Source of the DNA: the human T2T-CHM13v2.0 reference genome, Homo sapiens
Length of the DNA: 64,000 nt
Assembly: GCF_009914755.1 (NCBI RefSeq)
Contig: NC_060930.1
Reading direction: 5' to 3' (one strand)
Shown: positions 13,480 to 33,726 of the stretch, piece by piece
Position numbering within the stretch: the stretch's first letter is position 1
How the letters are laid out: each line of letters starts with the position of its first letter
Notes under the pieces: generated by a model
What the model was told of the DNA's origin: nothing
The model's database searches: none
What the model saw: the letters and a program-made list of their open reading frames with translations, nothing else
Translations under genes and position numbers: made by a program

Positions 13480-14720
13480 GGGGTCAGGGCAGGCCCCGGG
13501 CCGGTGCGCTAATCCGGCTAGGAGGCTTCGGGCGAGGCAGGCTGGAGACGCCAGGGCAGCCCCAGGGCAGCGGCTCCTGTCCCCAAGTCCTCGGGCCCTC
13601 CTCCAGCCTCCCTTCGGCGCAGGACCCTGGGGGAGCTCGTCCCCACCGCCAAGCCGCTCGCCCTTCCCCGTTCGCCGCCCGGAGGTTCGGGAAGGAGACA
13701 CACCCGGGCCAGGCGCGGTTGCTCGCGCCTGCAATACCAGCACTTTGGGAGGCGGAGGCGGGCGGATCACCTGAGGTCGGGAGTGCGACCAGCCTGGCCA
13801 ACATGGCGAAACCGTGTCTCTCCCAAAAATACAAAAATTAGCTGGGCGTGGTGGCACGAGTCTGCAATCCCAGCTACTCCGGAGGCTGAGGCAGGAGAAT
13901 CGCTTGAACCCGGGAGAGGCTGCAGTGAGCCGAGATCCCGCCATTGCACTCCGGCCTGGGCGACTAGAGCGGCTCAAATAAATAAATAAATAGAAGTCAC
14001 CCCTGTCCGAACCTGGCTGAACTCCAGGCGTTCCCCACCCGCAATGCTGCGGGGTGCTGCCCCAGGATGCACCCCTCCTAGGAGACGTCCCGCTTCGGAG
14101 ATCCCAGCTACCCGCTCCCTCCCCCAGCCCGCCTCCCCAGAAGCCTCCGAGCAGTTGGGGCGCATTCGTGTTTGAAAAACACAAGAGGAAGCGCCTGCAG
14201 CGCTCGGTTTCCCCCGCGGGGCAGCGCGGGCGCGGGGTGCGCGTGGGCGGGCGGCCGGGGTGGGCAGGGGACCGTGGGCGGCGGGCGCCGCAGGGGGCCC
14301 CCCACCCCCCCATCCCCCCCTTACCCCCCAACTCGCTCTGAGCCCGGGGGGTGCCGGCCTAGGCTACAGGTGGGGAGGACTCCCGGTGGCCTGGTGGAAA
14401 AGCTGCCCTCTCTCACCCAGGCACGCCACGGACACCAGCACCGCAAGGGCTCTTTTGTGAAAAATGTCTCTGCCAGCACGCTCTCAAAAGCTTCTCTCTG
14501 AATCCGCTCATCTGAGGAGTCCAGAGGATCTGGGCCATTCTTTTCCAGTCTGCACAAGGGGAGGGAGGTCAGCTGCACCCTCCCTGTGAAGGACGCCGCC
14601 CCCTTTCCTTCCCGCAGCCCTCGCCAGAACTCTCTCGGGCTGCCTGGCAAGCGACAGCTGTACAGTGAGCCTCGAGTGACCTTCAGAGGCCAGGCGCCCA
14701 CAGCATCCAACCTGACACAC
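13480..14720. promoter_or_regulatory. CpG island, likely promoter of the SERPINB9P1-like locus
   Basis: High GC/CpG, GC boxes (gggcgggcgg ~14245), ~2.5-3 kb upstream of the exon-2 paralogue, the same spacing as in SERPINB9. Confidence 0.8.
13707..13991 (+). mobile_element. CpG-rich AluS within the CpG island
   Basis: Alu consensus, (AAAT)n tail. Confidence 0.9.
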
Positions 14721-14994
14721 TGCTGACCAATGAACTTGGTTCTGCCCCAGTCAGAGCACCAGAGTTCAATGTTTTATTGACAGAACCACTAGAAGCTGCC
14801 TTTTCCCAGCCTTTACAAAACTCAGGACTCGGCCTCTCAGCATATTTCTCAATGAACAGCTGACTGTGCCCTGGAATGTCAGGTCAATCGCCTTGGCTTT
14901 GTTCTTTCTGTTATGACACATCCATTGTATGGGTGTTTGTGGCGAAACTGAAACAGAAAGATTCTCACTTTAACATCCTGTTGTGAGGATTTCA

Positions 14995-21728
<6,734 letters not shown>

Positions 21729-22865
21729 ATCAGCTCTGCATACTGGACACCTCATTTTTTATTTTTTATTTTATGTGAGCAAGAAATAGATTTCCATTGT
21801 GTTACACTATTGAGACTGCAGGTTTATGTTGTAGCAGCTAGGATTACCTAGATTTACTTTTAGGAAAGACTTCTCTGCAAGGAATGTGGAGAATGGGTTG
21901 GAGGAGGCAAGAAGAGGAAGGAAGACAAGTGAGAATACATGTGTTGGAATCAACTGAGTGATTGCTATAGGCAACCTGTAGGCAGTATCAAAAGGTGCTA
22001 TTTAAATTTGCATGACAGAGTGACGGGGGAAGAAGGTGTCTCATTGTCCAGCTTGGGTAACAGCACGGATTGTCTTGCCTTTCAGTTTAATGCAACTGAT
22101 AATTCATAAGGAGCAGAAGACACTGAGTGAGGTGTCCAGTATGCAGAGCTGATGAAGTGAACTTGATCCCTGCTCTGGTGAATCCAAGAAGGTGTGTTGG
22201 GAAGGTGGGTAATAATCTTGGCTTTGGATACATTGAGGTAGAGATACTTGTGTGTCCAAATGGAAGGATAGGATGAGCAAGTAGAGATTTGGGTCTGGAG
22301 CTCAGGAGAGAGATCTGAGCTCTGGGCTGGCAGTCAGGTCATTGATGAGGGCCAGACCAATTTGGGAGAAAGTGGATGAAAGAAGACTCAGGCCAGCCCC
22401 GCAAGGGATAGCAATATTTAAAGCATGGGCCAGGGAAAGGGCAGGACAATGAGACTAAGCAAGAGAGGCCAGGAAGCTAGAAGGAAGATCAGGACCCAAA
22501 GCAAAAAGTGTTTCTTAAGGAAGAAGTCTCCAAAAGGGTAGAATATTGCCAAAAAGTCAGGTTTCTATTGAACTTAGGAACAAGGAGGGTGTTGGTGACC
22601 ATTTATTTCGTGTAATGGTGGAGCACAAACCAGATTGGAGTTGGCTGAGGAAGGAATAAACAGTCACAAAACCTGGAAGCTAAAAGATTCATAAATTTGA
22701 CTACGTAAAATCTCTAATTTCACATGGTGAAAATACTGTAAACAAGATAAAATACAAATAACAATCTAGGGATATATTTATGATTCATTTCATAGACAAA
22801 AGGCTAATCTCTTTCTTACCATTTTTTTTTAAGAGATGGGGGCCTCACTGCATTGCCCAGGCTGA

Positions 22866-22985
<120 letters not shown>

Positions 22986-24144
22986 TAATTCCTTGAGTAT
23001 AAAAAATGCTTCTACTCATCCATGCATACTAGGCCTACACTCCTGAAGAAAAATATGGGTGAAGTATATGAAGCCAATTCACAGAACAGGAAATAAAAAC
23101 AGCTCTTAAACATAAGAAAAGGCAGAAATAGACTTTATTCATGAAAAGGGGAAGTCAATGTTCAAATGCCATTCTCATTAAAAACTTTTATAAAAACCAA
23201 GGATAAACAGATATTTTCAAAAACCATTTATATGGATTTTATTTCAATTTCAATACCATGTCACTTAATATTAGATATATGGTTGTATAATGGAGTTCTT
23301 CTTTCTTTAGATTATGTGCAGGCTACAGAATTAGATTTTCCTTGTTAAAATTTTAAATATTACAGAAATATAGAAGGCAAAAAATGGAAGGTTTTTTCCC
23401 ACATCTCCTTCCCCAAACCTATCTCAGAGACAACCTCTGTTAGCAATGAAAAGTGTCACCTTTTAAACCTCTCCCCATAGATTTGTATACATAAATTTAC
23501 ATACACAGGGTTTCGTTCACATAAATGAGATCATATTATACACATTGCATTGCCAGTTACATTTTTCACTTAATTTGTTTTCATAGTGTTTTACAAGAAG
23601 TGCATTTGAACCTATTGTGATATTTTAAAATTCTGCATAGTAGTTCATACTATAAATTAAATTCTTCTCCTATTGAAGGAAAAATTAAAATTGAATTAAT
23701 TACACTTCATTTTCTTTGTTTTTTCCCTCCCTCCCTCTCTACCTTCTTTCCTTCCTTCCTTTTTCTTTCCTTTTTTGCTATTCAACAATGCTAACTGTAC
23801 ACTTAGAAATGCTTAAGATGGTAAATTTTGTTTTTCTTTACCACGATTTTTTAAATTACCCTGCAAAAATGCCTTTGAAAATACTACAGGGAAAACCTTA
23901 GCATATCTAAGCATGTATGCAAATACTTATGTAGATCAGACATCTAAAAGTGAGATGCTGGCCCAAAAAGAATGTCCATTTAAAATGAAAAGGCTGCCCA
24001 CTTCCTTCCAAAAACCCTTAATCCACATTCCCACACACAAGGTAAGGATGCCTGTTTTCTCGTATGCTCACCAATACTGGATATTATCAACCTCTAAATT
24101 AAAACAGAGAGCGGAACAAGAATTTCTGTCATGATTGTGCCCTC

Positions 24145-24568
24145 TGTGTCTTGGTTCATTTGTGTTGCTATAAAAAAAAAAACCACATACATGAGGCTGG
24201 GTAATTCACAAAGAGAAGAGGTTTATTTGACTCACAGTTCTGCAGGCTGTACAAAAGGCATGGCACCAGCATCTGCTTCTGGTGAGGACTCAGGCTGCTT
24301 CCACTGATGGCAAAAGGTGAAGGTGAACTGCCATGTGCAGAGATCACAAGGCAATAGATCAAAAGCAAGAGACAGAGGGCAGGTGTCAGGCTCTTTTTAA
24401 CAACCAGTTCTCAGGGGAACAAATAAAGCCAGAACTCACTCATTACCTCGAGGATGGCACCAAGCCATTCATGCCCCCATGATCCAAATACTTCCCATTA
24501 GACCCCACCTCCAACATTGGGGATCATGTTTCAACATGAAATGTGGGGGAACAAATATCTAAACCACA
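24145..24568 (-). mobile_element. MST-type MaLR LTR
   Basis: tgtcttggttcatttgtgttgctata...ctcacagttctgcaggctgtac...tttcaacatga. Confidence 0.7.
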
Positions 24569-25687
24569 GAAAGTTGTCTCCTGCCTGGGTAATGCAAAAA
24601 AGACAAAGACAAAACAATAAACAAAAAACAGACACTAGGGGTGTGTCAGTTAGAAGGATGTCCTCTTTCTTATTTGCATATACTGTTACGTACATAGTAA
24701 AGATCGTTTGCCTATTGCATAATCATATAGCAGAAACTCCAAGATGATTTACTGAAAATTCTTAAATTACCAAAAGGCTATACCAAATTGGTCATGCACA
24801 AGATAAATGTATAAGCTTCAATGGTTTACTTATATGCCATCCATAATCAGGTCAGGGGAAATGCTCTTGTTTAAAATTGTTACTAAAATTTAGAAATAGC
24901 CATAACAAGAAAAAAAAGATATGTAGGATTTATATGGAAAAAAACTCAAAAAAAAAGTTTTAATAAAAGTAGTATAGAAAAGGGCTTGAATAAATGGAGA
25001 CTCTTCTCATTTTCCTTAATGAGATGACTAAACATTGTAAATACATCAATTTACTCAAGTAATTTATATGCTTAATGTCATGCTAATCCTTCCTCCCAAA
25101 AAATTGAAAGTTAAAAAAATTACTTTGGGTATTAAAAAATTATTCTAAAATTCACCAGAAGAATAAAGATGGAAAAATAGATTTACAATATCCAGAAATT
25201 GGCTAATAAATAAAATTATGCTTTCTCCTGAATGTCAATAATACAAAATCAAATTCCATGTGAATTAGTTAAATCATTACAAAAATAAAAGTTTAGAAAA
25301 AAAACTATTTTATTTTACTACTTTATGAATGGAAAAGTACTTCTAAGAATGGAAGTGGTGTCGGAAATCACAAAGGGAAAATCTAGATTTGATTATAGAG
25401 GAAAACAAAACACTGTTTATTAATGAAACATCATAACAAAATTTAAAAGGCAATACAAGAATGAGAGAAAATATAAAACAGAGGGATAATATCTTTAATA
25501 GGCAAAGACATATGTAAAAACGAAGCAGAAAAGTAGGTGTGTGAATGACAATTCATAGATGAGGAAATTCAAGAGCCAATAAATGCATAGAACACTTTCA
25601 CCACTAATAAAAGAAATGCAATAAGTATCTGCATATGATACATAATGTTGCAGATGTTTATAATTTACATAAAAGATACTGAACTAG

Positions 25688-25993
25688 GGCTGGGCTCAGT
25701 GGCTTATGCCTGTAATCCTAGCACTTTGGGAGGCTGAGGTAGGCGGATTGCTTGAGGCCAGGAGTTCAAGACCAACACGGCCAATGTGGCGAAACCCCGT
25801 CTCTACTGAAAAATACAAAATTAGCCGGGTGTGGTGGTGGGTGCTTGTAGTCTCAGCTACTTGGGAGGCTGAAGCAAGAGAATTGCTTGAATCCAGGAGG
25901 AGGAGGTTGCAGTGAGCCCAGATCATGCCACTACACTCCAGCCTGGGTGACAGAGTGAGGCACTGTCTCAAAAAAAAAAAAAAAAAAAAAAAA
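25688..25993 (+). mobile_element. AluS/J (antisense in the putative SERPINB9 3' UTR)
   Basis: TSD aaagatactgaactagg. Confidence 0.9.
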
Positions 25994-26209
25994 GATACTG
26001 AACTAGGCACTTGACATCCAAGATGTCCACTTGGCCCTTTTCTAAGTGTACTTCACTTTGTTTTCATTCCTCCTCTAAAGCTTTTTAACAAACTGTCACT
26101 CATGTTCTAAAAACAAACAAATGTCTTTCATCTCATTTTTTACTCAGCATTATCTATCAAAGGGACTGGATGTCCCATCTAGTTTGTACTTTAGTTTCTA
26201 GCTCATTAC

Positions 26210-26995
26210 ATAGGAAATGCAAATAAAAAACACAATGAGATACCACTTCACACCCACTAAGATGGCCATAACTTATTTTTTTTAAAAAAAGGAAAAGGAA
26301 AATAATAAGTGTTGGTGAGGAAGTGGACAGAAATTGGAATTCTCATACATTGCTGGTGGGAATGTGGAATGGTTCAACTGCTGTGGAAAACAGTTTGTCT
26401 GTTCCTCAAAAAGCTAAACATAGAATTAACATATGACCCAGCAGTTCCACTCCTAGATATATACCCAAGAGAATGCAAAATAGGCATTCAAACAAATACA
26501 GGTACACAAACATTCATAGCAGCACTATTCCCAATAGCCAAAAGTCAGAAACAACCCAAAGTCCATCAATGAATGAGTGGATAAATAAATTGTGCTATAA
26601 ACACATAATACAATTTTATTTGGCCATAAAAATGAAGTGTTGATACATGCTACTATGTAAATAAATCTCAAAAACTTGTACTAAGTGAAAGAAGCCAGAC
26701 ACAAAAGGTCTCATACAATTCGATTTATATAAAATAGCAAGAATAGATAAAACCATAGAGACAGAAAGCAGATTGGTGGTTGCTGGGGGCTGGAGGAAGG
26801 AAGGAATGGAGAGTATCTGCTTAATGGGATGGGGTTTCCTTTTAGAGGAGAACATTTTTTTTGGAACTTTAAATAAAGGTGGTGGTTATGCAACATTGTT
26901 AACAATACTAAGTGGCACTGAACTTCTCACTTTAAAATAGTTAATTTTATGTTATGTGACGTTTACCTCAATAAAAAAATTCTTAAAAAAAAAAA
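26210..26995 (+). mobile_element. L1M(B)-type 3' fragment
   Basis: ORF2 C-terminal remnant (HCWWECGMVQLLWKTV...YDPAVPLLDIYP), L1 3' UTR and polyA. Confidence 0.85.
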
Positions 26996-27536
26996 CTCAG
27001 TGATATCCAACCATTAAAAAATATAAGTTACATAGCTCGTATATAATCAACTTACTTATTACTGCACTATGAGGGGCACCCAGATATGTAAGACAGAGTC
27101 CCAACCTTTGGTTGTTGGAGGACTATCTAAGGATACAGAGATTAATAAAAATAAAAGAACTACCACGAAAGAAGTGCCCTCCAAGTACAAAGAGAGTTCA
27201 AATATGTACATCTGGTTGCGGAGAAAGGAAAAACTTCTCAAAGAAGAATTTGAAGTGAGCTTTAAGGGTTGAATGGAATTTTTACTGTTAGAGGTAGAGA
27301 AATACAATATCATAAAGAAAGATGTGATCCCTACAAGAGGATTACGTGGTAAGTTGAAAGACATTAAACAGTCCAACCTGGTCATTGTCAAAACTATATA
27401 CGTTGGGCACAGAACTGAAGACCAGGTGTCAAAGGAGGATGGCTCTGTCCCCTTTGTGTCCCCAGTGCCTAAAGCAGTGTTTGGTGCATGCTTGGTGATT
27501 GGTAGATGTCAAAGAAAAAGATAAAAGATAAAATAT

Positions 27537-27948
<412 letters not shown>

Positions 27949-28285
27949 TTAAGGAATGTATTCGCAGTGTCAGGAAAGCACAGGGTCGCCAGAGTGAATT
28001 GCATGTGGAATTCTAGAAGAACTTTGCTTGCCATCCTATGGGATTTGGACTGCAATTTTAATACAACAGGGAATCATTATGGTCTATTTTCTCAAGATTC
28101 TGATTAAGTAGCATAAGCGAGTGTGGAGCATCATGAATTCATGCTGGCAAATCATGAGGGCAGACAGGTAAGGAATCTGCCCTCATCTTTGCACTTGGCT
28201 TTCTAGGCCCATCCTCTTGGAGCTGTAGTGGGGATCTGGGGACACAGGAAGAGGGAAATGGCCGAGTGCACGGTAAGTGCACCCT

Positions 28286-28693
28286 TTATGGCGATGAGAA
28301 CCTGCCACAGAACAGAATGCTGTTGGCTCTGTTGTGCCTGATGAAGAAAAGGAAAGGGTGGTCAGCACAGAACCTGGGGCCAGATTCCATGCAGCACTCT
28401 GCAACTACAAAGCAGCTCGACGCTGCCGCTGCCTCGGTGCCTTCTTCATTCACCTCCACAAAACTCTTGTGCACGAACTTGGACAGACACAGGTCTCTCT
28501 CCGCTGACATTGCCGACAAGTCAGCCTTGCCCTGTTGGAAGGCATCAACAATTCCCAAATGCCGAAGCACAGATTCCATGTCATAATCCTCTTGTAGTTT
28601 AAATTTTGGAAGGAGAACTTCAACCTCAGTACTCTTCATACAGTCTGGCTTGGTCCAGGCTGTGAGTTTCTCAAAAGTGAGACTTTTTTCCAC
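28286..28693 (-). CDS. SERPINB9: SERPINB9 exon 7 coding part including hinge and reactive centre loop ([22 protein letters not shown]), P1 Glu codon at 28397-28399
   Basis: ttcag|GTGGAA...CCA TAA; serpin signature [11 protein letters not shown]; 408 nt. Confidence 0.98.
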
Positions 28694-29955
28694 CTGAAAG
28701 ACCAGAATTAGACTTTAAGATTCCGACTTCAGTGCACATGTACAAGCGCACAGGCACTCACAGTTCCCTTCCTCCCCTTGCACGTAGGTGTTGTTTGTTC
28801 ACATAGGATCAGTGGCCCCTTCATCTGCCAGAAGCTTGTGAGCACTCTTACTTGTCCTATGTCCCATGTGCCACTTCCTTGACAAGGGGGAGAGACACCA
28901 AGCACTCAGAGGCAGGAAGGCTGTGGCTGTCCTCTCCTTATCCAACAACTCCAGAGACATCTTGTATTGTGACAAGTGTCAATGCCCAGGCGACTGTGTT
29001 TTTTTTTCAAACATAGTCTTTTTAAAGACAACAAACCATTGCTAGTAAAGAAAAGGATTGGAAACGAAAGGGCTCTCAGTGTGAGCCACTCCAACAGGAT
29101 TATCTGTCCCAGGTGAGATTCTGCATAGTTTCCGGAGCAGAGAGGTTACCAGAGGATTATCTGCCCCAGAGAGATTCTGCATAGTTTCCGGAGCATAGTT
29201 TCAGGAAGGTGGGCAGAGGGAGAGCCAATGGCTGCTGCGCACACAGACCTCTTAAGTCATGGGGTCCCACTGCCTGCCATTTGCCATGGTTGACTCTCTC
29301 ACCCTGGAGATCCATGCTGAAAGGAAGCCGAGTGCCTGGATGTGCCCTCAGAGGCTGCCTCTGGTCCCACCCTCTGAGAACTGGACTTCACACCTCCCTG
29401 GATGCCCCCTCCCAGCCTTGTTAGGTCAAAGTTAAGACTTCCTCATTCTCTATTTCAGGTTCCTAGACTTTAAAAGCATAATGCTAAGAATGATGATTGT
29501 AATAATGGATCACATTTGTAGAGCATTTACTAGTTGCCAGGCAATGTGGTAAGCTTGTTACCTGAATTACCCACATTTTATCCTCATCATAACTCTAGGA
29601 GGCAATAACCCCGAGCAGTCATTTATGCTTTTAGAGTTAAAAGTCTGCCATTCATCAAACTAGCAGGATTTTTATAAGCTTCCTCCTACCTGATTTATTT
29701 TAAAAGGCATTTTAACCGCCGCCCACTCCTTCTAGCGATGAAAAAACAGAGGACTGAGATGTGTAGTTTGGCAGATCACGCAGACAATATTGGGAAAAGT
29801 CAGCCTTGAACAAAAGTTCGATCCCAACGCCAAGTGCCTGCACAGTGTGCGTCTGCCGCATCGCCAACTCAGAAGGTGAATATGAGAGGTGGAAGTGGCA
29901 CTCGAGTTCTGCCCGCAAAGGTGTCCCTGGGTTCTTCCCGCAGCCCGGGTCTTAC

Positions 29956-30111
29956 CGTGCTGAGCTCCACGCCGTCGTCAGGCAGCAGCACCAGCAGGCT
30001 CAGCTCCTTCCTGGCGTAGGGCAGCTCCAGCAGCTGCGCGCGCACCTCGCCCACGTGGGCGAGCTTAAACGTGGCCTCCTGATACATCATCTGCACTGGC
30101 CTTTGCTCCTC
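29956..30111 (-). CDS. SERPINB9: SERPINB9 exon 6 (EEQRPVQMM...LLPDDGVELST)
   Basis: cccccag|GAGGAG...AGCACG|gtaaga; 156 nt. Confidence 0.97.
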
Positions 30112-31303
30112 CTGGGGGAAGGATTATTGAAAGACGCAATTAAAACTTTCAAAAGAGCTGCAGTTGCCTCCAAGAGTGTTTTCAGCACCTGTGATGGAAA
30201 CCGCCACATTCATGCCCCAGTTAACACTAAAAAAAAAAAAAAAAAAAAAAAAAGTCAACCAGTTCCTTCCTATCTTCATTGCAAGCAGACACAGTACCAC
30301 CCTGGGAAAGGTTTTCTTCTGCAAAATAAAATGTGATACCCTACATTTTCCAGAGGAGAAAGATGTTTCTCATTTAAATTGTGCTCAGCAAATAGATCTA
30401 AGAAAGCAATATAATCAAATGAAATTAAATACAAATTTGTTTTGATTTAATTAGAAAAAAATGTGTATTGTTTTTCCTATTTATCCAACCCAACATATGA
30501 GAAAAAAAATCATAAAGTGGGATGAAACTTATAGTTCCACAACAGCATGACAGGGAGTATAAATGGATACACTCTCTCAGAAAGAGTAACGACCTACATA
30601 TGTAGTAATGTATTTTAACCCAATCTTTTCAATTCTGATACTCTAATGAAATAACTTTTTTAAAATACAGAAGAGGCATAAGCACATAGAAGCTCAGCAA
30701 AGTATTACATTTATTAATGTAATACTTTAAAAAATTGATACAGATCATTTATTATAAAAATTAAAATAGTTCTAAAACCAGGGTTAGAATTCTCCTCCTC
30801 CCACCCTTTGCAACTAGAGAACTAATTTTTTTAAGTTAAAGTACACCTTACAAAAAATGCAGGAGGGTTACCTGCTTTTGTTTTTTAATTGCATTAAAAT
30901 AGTATCTTTTTAGGGGCTGGAAGATTTGGCAAATTATTCTAATGCCTGCCTTAATTAAGTTTTACTTCAATGTCAAAACTAAGGTCTTTGTCATGAAGTT
31001 TTAATATTAAAAAGCTGTAAATACTGAATTAATGATAATTAGTTAACAATTCAAATCAAAACTTACTTTAATTTTAAAAATAACTAATTAAAGACACATG
31101 TTTTCACCTTCTCTCCCTCTACCCTGCCCTATACTGCCTCTCACTCCCACATATCACACTACCTTAACACTTTTTTTTTTTTTTTTTGCTTTCTAGCCAA
31201 GTAAATTGGGCTTATAGGAAGATCTTTAGTTTCCAAAACTAGGTGGCAGCAATGGTTTATGAGAAATTATCAAAGGCAGTTAAGAGCAGTGATAAAACAC
31301 TAC

Positions 31304-31450
31304 ATATATATATATATATTATATATACGTATATATATATAATATATATATATTATATATACGTATATATATACGTATATATAATATATATATTATATAT
31401 ACGTATATATAATATATATATATTATATATACGTATATATAATATATATA
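31304..31450. repeat. (TA)n-rich compound microsatellite in SERPINB9 intron 5
   Basis: Repeated tatatatacgtatatataatata units. Confidence 0.9.
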
Positions 31451-31630
31451 TGCAGCAAATATCTTTTACTCCTTCCGTTTTTTTCTACTGAGTTAAGAAA
31501 TTCATTCAGAAATACTTTAAGTTTCAAATTCCTTTTGGCTTACGCTTATGTCACTTACACTTTTACAAAGTTAAATCTTTCCATTCAACTTCTTCATCAA
31601 ACTAGCAGGATTTTAAAAAGCTTCCCCCAC

Positions 31631-31773
31631 CTGGTTTATTTTAAAGGGCATTTCCCTTGTGTATGTTTCGTCAAACGGTTCATTCCACTTTCCTTTGAAG
31701 TAGATGGCATTGACAAGAACCAGCCTGGTTTCTGCATCAATTGAGCTACCCGGCAACAACTCTTCAATTTTAC
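31631..31773 (-). CDS. SERPINB9: SERPINB9 exon 5 (GKIEELL...NAIYFKGKW...PFKINQ)
   Basis: ttgaaag|GTAAAA...AACCAG|gtgggg; 143 nt; conserved serpin NAIYFKGKW motif. Confidence 0.97.
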
Positions 31774-32979
31774 CTTTCAAGAAAAGTAGAGACTACATTC
31801 AGTTGCTTTTTATAAGAACCTGATGCATTGGATGATCCTGGATCATTAGTTGAGAAGCAAACTTCTGTTTTCAACTTTGCTGAGTTTGGGTTGTTATGTA
31901 GAGAAATAAAAACAGCACATATGAGTGGTATTCATGATTACTGACACCTTGAGAACATCCACCAAGTTGAGGATGGTGAAAGATACCTAAGTCACTCGAG
32001 GAAAGCAGGTTGGTACAAAGTAGAAAAATTACACCAGGTTGGAGAACAAGACCAGCAGGAAATGTGATAGGCTGAAGGGGTGTTTGTCTCACATGGTTAA
32101 TTGGAGTGTTTGATCCAACCCTTCATGATCACACCCAGTTCTAACATTCTGTGACTATACATGGACATGTCAGAAGCAACCAGAATGGACGGCTCAAAGC
32201 GGGAAGAGCTGACATTGGGCACATGGGGAGTTTCCAGAAGCTTTTGGAGGAGATATTCCTGCTGAATCCCCTCAACAAAGCACTAGGCATCCCTGGAAAA
32301 GAGGATGTGGGCAAACAAAGATCACCCCTTCTTTCCCTGGAGATCAAGTGGTACTGTTTCAATGAACTGAGGGCATCCCTGCTAACCCACTGCCTGAAGA
32401 GAGCATCCGTGGTAAATACTCCAAGCAGGAATGCGGGAAACAACTGCTGAGACTTTAAGCGAAGAACGTCTCCCATTCTTTACCGTCTCATTTATTCACA
32501 GAAATGGAAATGTTCCTGGTGGTACTAAGCATAATTGGCGCAGAGGAGTCTGAATGGTTCATCAGACCATCATTGGTCTTGGAGGCCTAGACTGGAACAC
32601 GTCACTTTCTGAAATGTAGATGAATAAGGTTCAACCCCAAATGGAGGGTATTTTCAGTCTGTGGAACTGATCAGCCCTGAGAGAGGGTCGGCAGTTAACC
32701 AATCAAATGTAGGCTTATCAAGTCAAACTAAAGGAGCTTAAGTGGAAGACATGAAAAGTCAGGAGTGACCTTAGCAGGTAAAGGTAATGGTGATGGAGGT
32801 CCCCCAGAACCTAGGAAGAGGCAGCCCAAGTGTATACCTCAGGCAAGATCTGTCCACCAATCTCCTTCTCGCAGAGACAATGGAGTCACCTGACATGTGA
32901 ATGTTACAGGCCAGGGAGAGTATATTTTAATGCAAGTTATTAAACTGGAAACCTGGCCTGAGATTCTTTTGACATTTGT

Positions 32980-33273
<294 letters not shown>

Positions 33274-33608
33274 CCTCTTTTGACATTTGTATCAGCTACT
33301 CTGGTCCTGGGAGAATAGACAAAAGTAAATCTCTGTTGCTGAAAACCTGAATGTCTGATCAGAACCTTTATGAGTCCATCAAGGTTCAGTATGCCAGGAG
33401 GCCCTGCCAGTCAACACTACTCTGACCATCTGAAACACCCGTGAAATTAGAGGGGGCGGAGTGGAGAGGTGGAGGTGGGTGAGGAGAGGGAGGAGGGATA
33501 GGAGGGAGAGGAGGAGGAGAGAGGATATAAGAGGCGGGAAGGAGGAATAGGAAGAGCCGCAGGAGGAGGACGGGTTGGGAGGAAGGTGCAATAACTTGTC
33601 ATTCTGAC

Positions 33609-33726
33609 CTTCGGTCTTTTTTGAGACCCAGGTGTTGATGTGTTTCCTGGACTCTTCTGCAGCTCTGATAAAGGAAAGCTCCTTCAGCTCAGCATGGTAG
33701 AATTGAAGACAGGATTCCTTAAACGT
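33609..33726 (-). CDS. SERPINB9: SERPINB9 exon 4 ([13 protein letters not shown]...WVSKKTE)
   Basis: ccaaag|ACGTTT...ACCGAAG|gtcaga; 118 nt. Confidence 0.97.

Noticed and set aside
13399-14710. 310-aa and other ORFs in the left CpG island
   Set aside because: GC-rich and partly Alu-derived; no recognisable protein
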